A DNA stretch of 64,000 bases from an uncultured Gammaproteobacteria bacterium. Its GTDB lineage: Bacteria > Patescibacteriota > Patescibacteriia > Magasanikbacterales > UBA922. Within the stretch, counting starts at the first letter, position 1. Each line of letters begins with the position of its first letter. The translations under genes and the position numbers were made by a program. The stretch spans positions 147,437 to 211,436 of the forward strand of contig CAZTEU010000001.1 of assembly GCA_964612105.1 (NCBI GenBank), in the 5' to 3' direction. Of the stretch, positions 1-10,138 are shown piece after piece. The notes beneath the pieces are model-generated. The model was not told the DNA's origin. It worked only from the letters and a program-made list of their open reading frames with translations, and searched no databases.

Positions 1-1341
1 CAGACGCATTGTTCCTCCATACCTATTATCCCTTACATTTGATGCCTGATTAGGATTAATGTGAATAACTGGCTCTTTTGTATTAGGCTCCATTTCTACT
101 GTCATTGCTTCCTTCTTCCCAAGTACATTACGAACAAATTCCACGCAGGCAAGTTGCATCCCATAACATAGCCCCAGATATGGTACTTTGTTTTCTCTTG
201 CGTATTTTATTGCAGATATAATTCCCTCTACACCTCGTGTACCAAAACCTCCAGGCACAAGAATAGCATCATATTTTTTAAGGTTCTTTACTTTGGTCGA
301 AGCACCTTCAAAATCTTCGCTGTCCACCCAGTCAAGCACAGGCTTTACTCCAATGTTCCATGAGGCATGCTTTACAGCTTCTATTACAGAAATATATGAG
401 TCAGACAATGTGTAATCCCCTGTCCCAAAATACTTTCCAACAACTGCAATTTTTAGTTTCTTCTTGGAGTTTTTAATTTTTTTGTTAAACTCTTTCCAAG
501 GACGTAAATCTGATTTCCTTGTACGAACATGTAAGCGTTTTAGTATCTTGTTACCAATGTTCTGTGCATCCATTTTTATTGGTATCTCATATATAGATGA
601 TACATCCGGCGCGGCAATTACATGATCTCTCTCAACACCACAGAATGTGGCTAATTTTTCTCTTCTAGGCTTATCTAGTTCTTCATGAGAGCGAGCAACA
701 ATCAGGTCTGGGTTAATTCCAACACTATTAAGTGTTCTGGCTGCATGTTGTGTTGGTTTGGTTTTCATCTCTCCAAGATGAGCAGGTGTTGGCAAGTAAC
801 TTACCAAAACAAAAGCTACATCGTCTGGTGCTTTTAGTTTCATCATGCGGGCTGCCTCCAAAAAGAGAAGGTTCTGGTATTCACCAATCGTTCCACCAAT
901 TTCTATAATTGTTATGTCTGCATCATGCTCATTTGCAGAGTGCTTAATACGTCTTATTATCTCTTCTGGAATATGTGGTACAACTTCTACACACTTTCCT
1001 TTATATTTCATTGTCCTCTCCCCTTCTATTACACTAAGATACACACGACCTGTTGTCATGTAGCTCATGCTTGTGAGATCCACATCTAAAAAGCGCTCGT
1101 AGTTCCCCATGTCCTGGTCTGTTTCATCTCCATCATCTGTAACAAAAACTTCTCCATGTTCGGTTGGGTTCATGGTACCTGCATCCACGTTAATATATGG
1201 ATCTGCTTTTAGTGCTGTTACAGAAAAACCTTTTGACTTAAAAATCGCACCAAGCGATGCAGACGTAACTCCTTTTCCAACTCCACTTAACACTCCACCT
1301 ACAACAAATATATACTTTCTCTTTTTCTTTTTTACAATCAT
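1..1341 (-). CDS. pyrG: CTP synthase (3' end outside window)
   Basis: Manual translation from ATG at 1341: MIVKKKKRKYIFVVGGVLSGVGKGVTSAS...KADPYINVDAGTMNPTEHGEVFVTDDGDETDQDMGNYERF...KTKPTQH...PGGFGTRG...GLCYGMQ. Not in the ORF track because it runs off the edge. Confidence 0.97.
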   Translation of the reverse strand, partial: MIVKKKKRKYIFVVGGVLSGVGKGVTSASLGAIFKSKGFSVTALKADPYINVDAGTMNPTEHGEVFVTDDGDETDQDMGNYERFLDVDLTSMSYMTTGRVYLSVIEGERTMKYKGKCVEVVPHIPEEIIRRIKHSANEHDADITIIEIGGTIGEYQNLLFLEAARMMKLKAPDDVAFVLVSYLPTPAHLGEMKTKPTQHAARTLNSVGINPDLIVARSHEELDKPRREKLATFCGVERDHVIAAPDVSSIYEIPIKMDAQNIGNKILKRLHVRTRKSDLRPWKEFNKKIKNSKKKLKIAVVGKYFGTGDYTLSDSYISVIEAVKHASWNIGVKPVLDWVDSEDFEGASTKVKNLKKYDAILVPGGFGTRGVEGIISAIKYARENKVPYLGLCYGMQLACVEFVRNVLGKKEAMTVEMEPNTKEPVIHINPNQASNVRDNRYGGTMRL

Positions 1342-1421
1342 AATGAAAAAAATTGAATCAAATCTGTGACATTATATCACAAAATTATTTAAAGAAAAAA
1401 CTCTCCTGTGTGGAGAGCTTA

Positions 1422-1868
1422 TTAACCTTCTGAGACAATGACACTAATTTCTGCGGAGAGTCCTCCACCGAAATCTACTTTTACCCTGTGTTCCCCAATC
1501 TCTTTTATTGGAGATTCAATATCTATAACTTTTGGGTCTACTTTTACTTTCATCTGTTTTGACACTTCTGTCGAAATCTTTTTTTGAGTAATAGAAGCAT
1601 ACAATCTACCCTCTTCGTTTATCTTTCCAGTAATTTCCAGTTCCTTTCCTTTTATCTTCTCAATTATTTTCTTGTTCGCTACATCCTCTTTATTTAATAC
1701 TTTCTCGCTCTTCCTCACCTTATTCCTTGCTGATCTTATTGCGTCTAGAGTTGCAATCCTAGCAAGCCCTTTCTTTAACAAAAAATTGCGTGCAAAACCG
1801 TCTGCAACTATCTTAATATCCCCTCTCCTACCTGTTCCTTTAATATCTTTTAGTAAAATTACTTTCAT
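1422..1868 (-). CDS. rplI: 50S ribosomal protein L9
   Basis: [32 protein letters not shown]-terminal motif; 148 aa. Confidence 0.97.
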   Translation of the reverse strand: MKVILLKDIKGTGRRGDIKIVADGFARNFLLKKGLARIATLDAIRSARNKVRKSEKVLNKEDVANKKIIEKIKGKELEITGKINEEGRLYASITQKKISTEVSKQMKVKVDPKVIDIESPIKEIGEHRVKVDFGGGLSAEISVIVSEG

Positions 1869-1951
1869 ATATAAAGAATATAGCAGTATCTTGCATTTTG
1901 CGCAAGAGATGTGTACAATGGGCTTAGTTTAGCGAAATAATAAACAAATCT

Positions 1952-2806
1952 ATGAAATCTGGATTAGTTGTGCTAGTTGGAAGATCCAATGTTGGTAAAT
2001 CTACCCTACTAAACACCTTGGTTGGTACAAAAATAGCAGCTACTAGCTTCCGTGCGCAGATGACACGTCATGTTATTCATGGTGTTATGAACACAGAGGA
2101 AGGGCAGGCTGTATTTGTAGACACCCCCGGTGTTTTTAAGGATAGAAAGGATTCACTTACAGCAAAACTTACAAACAAAGTACACGGTGCTCTAGAGGGA
2201 ATAGATGTAATTGTCTATGTTGTAGATCCAACACGTGAGATTGGAGACGAAGAAAGAGCAGTGTATGGAATGATTAGGCATATAGACACACCAAAACTTT
2301 TAGTTATAAACAAGACAGATCTTCCGCCAAACGAAAGAGTTCATCAAAAAGAGTACCTACAATGGTCAGATGATTTTGATGGAGTACTAGAATTATCTGC
2401 ACTACGCGCAAGTCACATAGTACCATTAAAAGAAAGAGTAATAGATCTTCTTCCAGAGGGAGAACCCCTATATCCACAGGACCAAGTAACAAACGTAGAT
2501 AGAAACTTCTGGATGGAAGAACTAATCCGCGAAAAAGTGTACTCTGTACTAGACAAAGAAGTCCCCTATTCCGTAACAGTAGAGGTAGACAGCGTAGAGG
2601 AAAAAGAAGATAAAAACATGCTTGTAATTAATGCTCGTGTACTTACAGACGCAGACAGGTACAAAAGGATGATTATAGGTAAGAATGCAAGCAAGATAAA
2701 AGAGATAGGTCAAATGGCAAGAAAAGAGTTAGAGCAGGCAACTAACAAGAAGGTTTTTCTAGACCTAGAAGTAGAGGTAGACACCCATTGGGTGGAGAGG
2801 GTTTAG
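1952..2806 (+). CDS. era: GTPase Era
   Basis: GRSNVGKSTL, DTPG, NKTD motifs and C-terminal KH domain (IIGKNASKIKEIG). Confidence 0.97.
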   Translation: MKSGLVVLVGRSNVGKSTLLNTLVGTKIAATSFRAQMTRHVIHGVMNTEEGQAVFVDTPGVFKDRKDSLTAKLTNKVHGALEGIDVIVYVVDPTREIGDEERAVYGMIRHIDTPKLLVINKTDLPPNERVHQKEYLQWSDDFDGVLELSALRASHIVPLKERVIDLLPEGEPLYPQDQVTNVDRNFWMEELIREKVYSVLDKEVPYSVTVEVDSVEEKEDKNMLVINARVLTDADRYKRMIIGKNASKIKEIGQMARKELEQATNKKVFLDLEVEVDTHWVERV

Positions 2807-2830
2807 CAAATATATAACAATGTGAATACT

Positions 2831-3238
2831 ATGGAATTTCAACACAGAGCATTAGGCCTGAAAGAGGATAAGAGTCTTGTGTACACAGCGATGTCTAAAT
2901 ATCTTTTCTACTTTAGGCAACATATATCCAAATATGTAATAGAACAAAAAAAGGTTCCTCTAAATCCCTTCATGATATTTGATTATTTCCTTTTAGATTC
3001 TGTGGACAGGGATTTAATAAGAGAGGGAAACAATAATCTGGTTAAGAGATCAGATGAGATATGGGTGTTTGGAAAAGTTTCTGATGGTGTTTTAGCAGAA
3101 ATAAGAATAGCCAAAGAGATGAACAAACCTGTACTATATTTCAATATTGCAAAATCAGGAAAGGTTACACCTCTAGATAAGGAACAAGTAGAGATGGAAG
3201 AAGATGTGGCACAATTCAAGGAAGAAATAACCAACTAA
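2831..3238 (+). CDS. hypothetical protein, possible nucleoside 2-deoxyribosyltransferase-like fold
   Basis: LVKRSDEIWVFGKVSDGVLAEIRIAKEMNKPV resembles the D.I.VF...S.G...EI..A....KPV pattern; ATG at 2831 chosen as start. Confidence 0.55.
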   Translation: MEFQHRALGLKEDKSLVYTAMSKYLFYFRQHISKYVIEQKKVPLNPFMIFDYFLLDSVDRDLIREGNNNLVKRSDEIWVFGKVSDGVLAEIRIAKEMNKPVLYFNIAKSGKVTPLDKEQVEMEEDVAQFKEEITN

Positions 3239-3324
3239 CAGTAGAACAAAAGCAGCCGTTTGGCTGTTTTTTTATCATATAACACTGTATTTGTGATATA
3301 ATGATTAGGACATAATAATGTAAT

Positions 3325-3672
3325 ATGCAGTATATTTTTGTGGTGTTGGGGATTTTAATTCTACTCCTACTACTATCAATTGTGTATACAAAAAAGAAAG
3401 GAAAGAAGCCTACAGACTACCACCAAATGTTTATCATTGGACTTGTATGGACTATAATAGGTCTACCCTTGGAAAATCACTCATTAGCAGGAATAGGAAT
3501 TGTTTTTCTAATTGCAGGACTTGTTCACAGGGATAAGTGGGAGAAGAATAAAAAAGACAGAAAAAAAGGTAAGATGAATGATCAGATGACTATTGCGTCT
3601 GCCATCATTCTTGGACTACTATTTCTGTCTGCAATAGTAATATACACATATCTAAGAGCCAACCATGGCTAA
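3325..3672 (+). CDS. small membrane protein
   Basis: 115 aa ORF with about 4 hydrophobic segments and native codon usage. Confidence 0.75.
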   Translation: MQYIFVVLGILILLLLLSIVYTKKKGKKPTDYHQMFIIGLVWTIIGLPLENHSLAGIGIVFLIAGLVHRDKWEKNKKDRKKGKMNDQMTIASAIILGLLFLSAIVIYTYLRANHG

Positions 3673-3687
3673 TTTAATTAAATATAT

Positions 3688-3978
3688 ATGACGATATTTC
3701 AGTACATATTAGGTTTCATATTCCTACTAACAGGAATAGCTACAGTAGTATTCTGGATATTATCTCTAGTACAGATATTTACCAGAAAAGATCTACAAAA
3801 TAACAAGTGGTTATGGTTTCTAGTCATTTTCTTTATAGCTCCAATAGGCTCTATTGTCTATTTCTTTGTTGAGAAAAGAAAGAAGCTCGGTATATGGATG
3901 CTTATTACTACAGTCCTAGTGCCTGTAATACTTTCTGCGTGGGCAATATTGGTATTTATACAAAATAACATTACATAG
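3688..3978 (+). CDS. PLDc N-terminal-like membrane protein
   Basis: NKWLWFLVIFFIAPIGSIVYFF matches the PLDc_N-type motif. Confidence 0.7.
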   Translation: MTIFQYILGFIFLLTGIATVVFWILSLVQIFTRKDLQNNKWLWFLVIFFIAPIGSIVYFFVEKRKKLGIWMLITTVLVPVILSAWAILVFIQNNIT

Positions 3979-4000
3979 TAACACCAGAGACAAACACAAG

Positions 4001-4046
4001 CGCGCCACCCAGTAAAACCAGATGGCGCGTTTTTTGTCTTGCTCCT
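4001..4046 (-). promoter_or_regulatory. 3' AGGAG + 13-bp hairpin element of a GC-rich unit
   Basis: Minus strand: AGGAG-CAAGACAAAAAA-CGCGCCATCTGGT-TTT-ACTGGGTGGCGCG; the G-U pairs form only on the minus-strand RNA. Confidence 0.7.
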
Positions 4047-4059
4047 AGGTCGTGTTTTG

Positions 4060-4506
4060 CTATGAGTCTATAGCCATCACGACAACCCTTCCACTGTCCT
4101 CAATGTGTGCAAACACATGGAGAATATCCTCCAAGCCCAGATTGCGTGCTCTCAGAGCCTCGCCTGCCTTGCACAACTCTTTCAGATGAAAAAGATTATC
4201 CTCTCCCTCATCACGACCACACTTCTCCCTACCACCACCGTAGGCATCACAGTCTGTATGCTGTACCAGCATAACCTTCGTAACACCACGCATAGCAACA
4301 GAGATATCCTCAATATCACGAAACAGCCTAGAGTTCGGATCCAGCAGGTCTTTTGGGCCTCCTGGAACGGAAATAAGGTCGTGATCGTGTGGCACCCTCT
4401 CCTTACCATGGTGCCTGTACATGATGAAGTCCTTCAGCGGACCATTCAACCGGAAGTCCATGCACCGTACGACAAGCCATTCACATTGTGTTTTGGGATT
4501 CTCCAT
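4060..4506 (-). CDS. beta-carbonic anhydrase-like protein (GC-rich class)
   Basis: C-x-D-x-R (CMDFR) and H-x-x-C (HTDC) zinc-ligand pattern; SD AAGGAGG 5 nt before ATG. Confidence 0.7.
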   Translation of the reverse strand: MENPKTQCEWLVVRCMDFRLNGPLKDFIMYRHHGKERVPHDHDLISVPGGPKDLLDPNSRLFRDIEDISVAMRGVTKVMLVQHTDCDAYGGGREKCGRDEGEDNLFHLKELCKAGEALRARNLGLEDILHVFAHIEDSGRVVVMAIDS

Positions 4507-4533
4507 CCTACCCTCCTTCTGTGCGCTTCTGCG

Positions 4534-4965
4534 CTAGTTGTCCCCGAGATAATCCACCAATCTGCACACAAACTCCCCATTATCCATTTTGTGTGCAAAA
4601 ACCATTAGTACTTCTTCCAGCTCTGGGGTTGTCTGCTTGAGTAGTATTCTGGCATGTTTGAGTATGCTGGTGTTGGCTTTCAAGCTGTCATCTCTGATTG
4701 GATGTGGGTAGTCACAGTCCACATGATGGACAATCATGATCTTGGTCACACCATAGCTTATAACGAGCGTATCCACGACCAGCTTTTTCATCGCAGAAAG
4801 ATTGGTAATCATCTGCAAAGGACCACCATGAACAGAAACTTGGTGGTACTTATGAGTGATACCAAGATGCAAATTCATGCTGATAAAGTGGTGAATTGCC
4901 AGATTGAGTCGTGAATCGACACAGCGAATCACTGCCCACCTGCTCCGAGCGTTGGAATTATCCAT
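4534..4965 (-). CDS. beta-carbonic anhydrase-like protein, paralog (GC-rich class)
   Basis: CVDSR and HVDC motifs; SD GGGAGG 5 nt before ATG. Confidence 0.65.
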   Translation of the reverse strand: MDNSNARSRWAVIRCVDSRLNLAIHHFISMNLHLGITHKYHQVSVHGGPLQMITNLSAMKKLVVDTLVISYGVTKIMIVHHVDCDYPHPIRDDSLKANTSILKHARILLKQTTPELEEVLMVFAHKMDNGEFVCRLVDYLGDN

Positions 4966-5049
4966 ACTGTCCTCCCTGGTTCTGTTAGTGCCACTTGCAG
5001 TGGCCGTCTATAAATGAGACAATAGCATGGAAATAATAAGAAATCAAGT

Positions 5050-5802
5050 ATGATAAAAATTAACAGACCAATTGTTTTTTTTGACTTAGAAACAACAGGT
5101 GTAGATCCTTTTACAGACAGAATAGTGCAAGTTGGTGCTATAAAAATACACCCGGATGGAGAGAAGGAAGAGTGGAATCAGTTAATTAATCCACAGATAG
5201 CAATTCCACAGGTTGTTATAGACGTTCATGGTATTACAGATGAAATGGTAAAAGATAAGCCAACTTTTGCTGAGTTAACTCAGAAGTTCGCTGAGTTCTT
5301 TCATGAAGTTGATTTAGGTGGTTATAATGCAAAGAATTTCGATATACCAATGTTAATGGCTGAGTTTAACCGTGTAGGACTAGAAATGGATTTAGAATCT
5401 GTAAAGATTATAGATCCAATGGCTATTTTCCGTAAAAAAGAACCTAGAACATTAGAGGCTGCTTACAAGAAATATTGCGATAAGGAGTTGGTAGATGCAC
5501 ATGATGCTATGGTGGATATAAGAGCATCTATAGAAGTTTTTGAGGGTCAGATGAAGCATTATGATGACTTACCAGATAATCTAGATGAAATGCATGAATA
5601 TTGCTTCCCAGAAGACCCGGATGCGTATGATGCAGAAGGAAAACTAAAGATAATAGATGGAGAAATTACAATTAACTTTGGAAAGCACAAAGGAAAACCA
5701 CTACAAAGATTAGCTGTAACAGATCCTGGATATCTAGAATGGATACTAAATGGAAGCTTCTCAGAAAAAGTTAAGAAGGCAGTAAAGGATCACAAAAAAT
5801 AA
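5050..5802 (+). CDS. DEDDh 3'-5' exonuclease (DnaQ-like) with C-terminal FGKHKG domain
   Basis: FFDLETTG, GYNAKNFD and AHDAMVD exonuclease motifs; INFGKHKGK...DPGYLEW tail. Confidence 0.88.
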   Translation: MIKINRPIVFFDLETTGVDPFTDRIVQVGAIKIHPDGEKEEWNQLINPQIAIPQVVIDVHGITDEMVKDKPTFAELTQKFAEFFHEVDLGGYNAKNFDIPMLMAEFNRVGLEMDLESVKIIDPMAIFRKKEPRTLEAAYKKYCDKELVDAHDAMVDIRASIEVFEGQMKHYDDLPDNLDEMHEYCFPEDPDAYDAEGKLKIIDGEITINFGKHKGKPLQRLAVTDPGYLEWILNGSFSEKVKKAVKDHKK

Positions 5803-5828
5803 AAAAGTCCCCTTATGGGGATTTTTTT
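5803..5828. terminator. bidirectional intrinsic terminator
   Basis: AAAAGTCCCC-TTAT-GGGGATTTTTTT between convergent genes. Confidence 0.75.
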
Positions 5829-5931
5829 ATATCTCACTATTTACAATTTTTTATAAAGAGTGAGGTTCTGGCGACGCATGCGTATGCAATTGTCGCCATT
5901 GTGAACCCTCCCTTAGATGTAGCCGAAGCTA

Positions 5932-6777
5932 CTATCGTTTGCCCTTCTCCTCCTCAGTGACATCGAAGGGCTTGATGTCGTTGAAGCCGGTATCCGCCTT
6001 GGTGCCCGGCAAGTTATTCACCACACCGACCTTGTTGAGCTCAGCGAGCGACACGTTGCCATAGCAGGTCGCTTTCACCCTTCTCTCCAGATTCATCCCG
6101 TACCCTTTCACGGTGGGAATATCCGAACGGCTCATGGTCTTGCAGAACTGCTCAACATCTCCTGGTCGGACATACTTGTGGTCTTTCTGGATGTACTTGA
6201 CATCGTGATTGACTGCATACGCCCAGTGTGCCGTCGTGAGAAACATCCTGGATAAAACACTCTCACTGGGCGATACCTTCTGCCAGGATTCGACCTTCTC
6301 GGCCAGCTTGTCCCATGCGACCATTTTGTGATAGGTATCGAGAACAACGCCGGTCACCCGTGTTGTGTACCTTCCGTCCCACGACATGTGTGGTTTGGTT
6401 GGATCTGGGATGATCTGCTTGACCGTGTTCGCATACCACGTCAAGAGGACTCTCCCCTTGCTGTAGTACTGACTCGGGACAACCTTGCCCTCCTCATCTT
6501 TCCGGAGCATCGTCCCAGCATCCGCACTGATCATGACCGAGATGCACTCAGCCACCTTCGGAGCGTGGAGTTGGTACTTCAGGACAGACTGGATCCGCTT
6601 GCTATACCCGTAGAACGCCACCTCCTTCGAGGGAACCTCGAAGTCAGCCAGGTTCATGTTGACGCACTGAAGCGTCTTGTTTGTGCCGTAGCCACCACCC
6701 ACCTGGGCAGCGCCACAGCCGATCATCAGGAACATCACGACGCCCATCAACAGGGCACCGAACAGTTTCTTCTTCAT
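5932..6777 (-). CDS. hypothetical lipoprotein (GC-rich class)
   Basis: Start re-assigned to ATG 6777 after GGAGG; MKKKLFGALLMGVVMFLMIGC signal peptide and lipobox; C/G-ending codons. Confidence 0.8.
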   Translation of the reverse strand: MKKKLFGALLMGVVMFLMIGCGAAQVGGGYGTNKTLQCVNMNLADFEVPSKEVAFYGYSKRIQSVLKYQLHAPKVAECISVMISADAGTMLRKDEEGKVVPSQYYSKGRVLLTWYANTVKQIIPDPTKPHMSWDGRYTTRVTGVVLDTYHKMVAWDKLAEKVESWQKVSPSESVLSRMFLTTAHWAYAVNHDVKYIQKDHKYVRPGDVEQFCKTMSRSDIPTVKGYGMNLERRVKATCYGNVSLAELNKVGVVNNLPGTKADTGFNDIKPFDVTEEEKGKR

Positions 6778-6893
6778 CTTCTTCCTCCACACGGATTACG
6801 CCCCGTGATGCGCCTTTGGTCGACAGCTTATCGACACGGAGTATGATATTTAATCAATTAAATACCCCACTCTATGCCCAAATCTGACCGCGT

Positions 6894-6922
6894 ATAATAG
6901 CACATTATTCCACTTTTGTCAA
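6894..6922 (-). promoter_or_regulatory. sigma70-type promoter
   Basis: TTGACA-17 nt-TATTAT with extended TG, upstream of the 6777 gene. Confidence 0.7.
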
Positions 6923-7008
6923 GTTAATCCACATATCCTTAGTTTATTATAGTACGAGTGCCTTTTTTTTGCTATAATATAACAAAATACTCCCCTGAGT
7001 TAATTTTT

Positions 7009-7551
7009 ATGAATCCAAACCAACAACAAGTTCCTGAGGTGACTATACCAGCTGGTCTAGCACAAGAAAAAAAAGGGGTCACTCCCCCATCTAGTCCAGA
7101 GATAGGAGTGAAGACACCTCAACAAGAAAAAACACCTTTCCAGGAAATGCAGAGTAAACCTCAGGCAGAGCAAGAGGGAAATTTTTTAGATGAGGCAATT
7201 GACGGATTAAAGAAAACACTAAAAAAACCAAAGAAGAAAAAGGGGGTTAATATTCCTCAGGTAAGAGATGAGCTTACAATGAAAGTGGAGACAATAATGG
7301 AGGATGGATTAAAAGATGCTTTTACAGAAATGACACCTGTACAAAAACAGGAGTTTAAGATAAAAGGAGAGCAGACAGCTATACAAATACGTCAACTTCT
7401 TGGGGTTACCAGAGTAAAAGTAAAATCCGTTTTTAAGCTACTTGTTGAATGGCTAAAATTATTACCTGGAGTGAATAGATTCTTTATTGAACAAGAAGCA
7501 AAGATTAAAGCAGATAAAATTATTTCATTAAAAAACCATCACGATTCTTAA
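7009..7551 (+). CDS. hypothetical protein upstream of VirD4-like ATPase
   Basis: Native codon usage; C-terminal WLKLLPGVNRFFIEQEAKIKADKI; ATG at 7009. Confidence 0.75.
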   Translation: MNPNQQQVPEVTIPAGLAQEKKGVTPPSSPEIGVKTPQQEKTPFQEMQSKPQAEQEGNFLDEAIDGLKKTLKKPKKKKGVNIPQVRDELTMKVETIMEDGLKDAFTEMTPVQKQEFKIKGEQTAIQIRQLLGVTRVKVKSVFKLLVEWLKLLPGVNRFFIEQEAKIKADKIISLKNHHDS

Positions 7552-7564
7552 CCAAGGCCCGGTT

Positions 7565-10138
7565 ATGTTTCCTTTGTTGCAGTTTGTCGCGACTCCACAA
7601 CCTACAGAGATAAACCCTTTTGGAAATGAGGTCCTTTTAATTGTACTACTTGCTTTTATTGTAGTTGGAGTAATCGTTGGAATCTCATATATTCTTAGAG
7701 CTGTATTTCGCTCACAATCCAGATCTTCTAAAGCGTTCAATCGTGCAGTATTAAAAGTCCTAGTACCCAAAGAAAGAAAATCTGAGGGACAAGGTGGGCA
7801 GGTGGGTCAAGATGACAGGCTAGAACAAATCAAGGAGGAGATTGCTATTACAGAGAATTTCTTTGCGTCTATTGCTGGACTTAGGGCGGGAAGAGGTATT
7901 ATGAACTGGTTACGTGGTCGTGTTGATCATTTTTCTTTTGAGATAGTTGTCCACAACCAACAAATCTACTTCTATGTAGATTTACCTGTTAAAAGAAGGC
8001 AGTTTTTTGAACAGCAAATACATGCACAATTTCCTCATGCACAGATTGAAGAAATTACAGATTACAATATATTTTCAGAGAAGAGTGTAATAGTGGGCTC
8101 ATATCTAACAAGTGCACAGAGAAACGAGTTTCCCTTTAAGACGTACACTAGTCAAGAATCAGATCCGATGTCTGGAGTACTCAATGCACTTTCCAAAATA
8201 AATGAGCCAGGAAACTCAGCTGCTATACAGTTTGTTGTACGAAGCTCCAATAAAGTATGGAGGCGCAAGGGTGTGAAATTGGTAAGAGATGTAAAGAAGG
8301 GTCGCAAGTTTGAAAAAGTTGCTGCACAATCTGGATTTAACAAAGCACTTGGTCATTTTGGTGATTTCATAAGTGATCATATTTTCCATAAACCAAATGA
8401 TCCAGGTAAGGAAGAAAAATCATATCAGTTATCACCAATGGAGGAGGAAATGCTTAAAGGAATAGAAGAAAAACTAAGCAAAGGAGGAATGGATATTACT
8501 ATTCGTATACTAAGTGTCTCAAATAACGAAGAAAGTGCGCAATTGGGGTTAGATAACTTGATAGCAAGCTTTAACCAGTACAATTACTATAGGTATGGTA
8601 ATAGCTTTAAGGCAATAATGCCTCGTAATCAGTCGCTGATTATACGTGATTTTATATATCGCACATATGATGAGAAAAGAGGTTTTGTGGTAAATACAGA
8701 AGAACTTGCCTCTATGTGGCACCTTCCTCTACATTCTACAGAGGCGCCAAATATTAAGTGGTTGTCTGGGCGTAAATCTCCCCCTCCAGCAAACCTTCCA
8801 AAAGAAGGGCTAAAGCTTGGTTATGTGCAATACAGGGGTTCCAAGACAGATGTATTTATGAAAGAGGCTGACAGAAGGCGTCATCTGTATGTAATTGGTA
8901 AGTCTGGTAGTGGTAAATCTGTCTATATAGCTAACTTAGCAATACAGGACATAAAGGATGGTAAGGGGGTTGGTGTAATAGATCCACATGGTGATTTGGT
9001 AGAAGATATATTAGCTCATGTACCGAAGGAGCGTGCAGATGATGTTGTTGTTTTTGATCCTTCAGACATGGACAGGCCTATTGGTCTTAATATGTTGGAG
9101 GCAGGAACAGAAGATCAGAAAGATTTTGCTGTACAAGAAATGATATCTATATTCTATAAGCTATTCCCTCCTGAGATGATAGGTCCAATGTTTGAACATC
9201 AGATGAGAAACGTAATGCTTACACTAATGGCAGATATTAAGAATCCTGGAACTGTTATAGATATACCTAGAATGTTTACAGATGATAACTATGTAAAGGT
9301 ATACCTGAAAAACCTACGAGATCCTGTTGTTAGAGCGTTCTGGGAAAAAGAAATGGCAAAGACGAGCGACTTCCACAAATCAGAAATGCTTGGATATCTT
9401 GTCTCTAAGGTTGGTAGATTTGTAGGAAATGAGATGATGAGGAATATCATGGGACAACAGAAGTCTGGTTTTGACTTCCGTGAAATAATGGACAACAAGA
9501 AAATATTGTTAGTTAACCTTGCAAAAGGTAAGACTGGTGAAATTAATGCTAAACTGTTAGGTCTTATTGTTGTAGCAAAACTACAGATGGCTGCCATGGG
9601 AAGAGCAGATATGGCTCAGGAGGACAGGCATGATTTCTACTTATATATAGATGAGTTCCAAAACTTTATTACAGATTCTATATCTACAATACTTTCTGAG
9701 GCTAGAAAGTACAGGTTAGATCTTATTATTGCTCATCAGTACATGGGTCAGTTGGTAGACGATAAAGGAAGCGCAGACGTACGTGATGCTGTGCTTGGAA
9801 ACGCAGGAACACTTTGTGTTGGTCGTATTGGTCCTGATGATGCAGAAATACTTGCGAAAGAATTTGCTCCTGTATTTGGTTCTTATGACCTACTCAATCC
9901 CCCACCATTTTCTTATTACACTAAATTACTTATTGACGGAAAGGCAAGTAAACCTTTTAACATGGGAGCATACCCTCCTATATCCGGCAATAAGGACCTT
10001 GCAGACGCAATTAAACAGCTCTCTCGCCTAAAATATGGACGTGACAGAAGCATTGTTGAAGAAGAGATAATGGACAGAACAAAGCTTGGAGAGCCAGAGA
10101 TGCAGGGTAAAACAGACGCAGCAGAAGCAACACTATGA
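7565..10138 (+). CDS. membrane-anchored VirD4/TraG/HerA-like P-loop ATPase (CPR type)
   Basis: N-terminal TM; GKSGSGKS Walker A; IDPHGD; YIDEFQNF Walker B; ILSEARKY. Confidence 0.85.
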   Translation: MFPLLQFVATPQPTEINPFGNEVLLIVLLAFIVVGVIVGISYILRAVFRSQSRSSKAFNRAVLKVLVPKERKSEGQGGQVGQDDRLEQIKEEIAITENFFASIAGLRAGRGIMNWLRGRVDHFSFEIVVHNQQIYFYVDLPVKRRQFFEQQIHAQFPHAQIEEITDYNIFSEKSVIVGSYLTSAQRNEFPFKTYTSQESDPMSGVLNALSKINEPGNSAAIQFVVRSSNKVWRRKGVKLVRDVKKGRKFEKVAAQSGFNKALGHFGDFISDHIFHKPNDPGKEEKSYQLSPMEEEMLKGIEEKLSKGGMDITIRILSVSNNEESAQLGLDNLIASFNQYNYYRYGNSFKAIMPRNQSLIIRDFIYRTYDEKRGFVVNTEELASMWHLPLHSTEAPNIKWLSGRKSPPPANLPKEGLKLGYVQYRGSKTDVFMKEADRRRHLYVIGKSGSGKSVYIANLAIQDIKDGKGVGVIDPHGDLVEDILAHVPKERADDVVVFDPSDMDRPIGLNMLEAGTEDQKDFAVQEMISIFYKLFPPEMIGPMFEHQMRNVMLTLMADIKNPGTVIDIPRMFTDDNYVKVYLKNLRDPVVRAFWEKEMAKTSDFHKSEMLGYLVSKVGRFVGNEMMRNIMGQQKSGFDFREIMDNKKILLVNLAKGKTGEINAKLLGLIVVAKLQMAAMGRADMAQEDRHDFYLYIDEFQNFITDSISTILSEARKYRLDLIIAHQYMGQLVDDKGSADVRDAVLGNAGTLCVGRIGPDDAEILAKEFAPVFGSYDLLNPPPFSYYTKLLIDGKASKPFNMGAYPPISGNKDLADAIKQLSRLKYGRDRSIVEEEIMDRTKLGEPEMQGKTDAAEATL

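Noticed and set aside
5837-5899. 20-aa minus-strand ORF (MATIAYACVARTSLFIKNCK) behind AAGGGAGG
   Set aside because: The start lies inside a stable stem and the frame runs into AT-rich intergenic sequence; not supportable without Ribo-seq.
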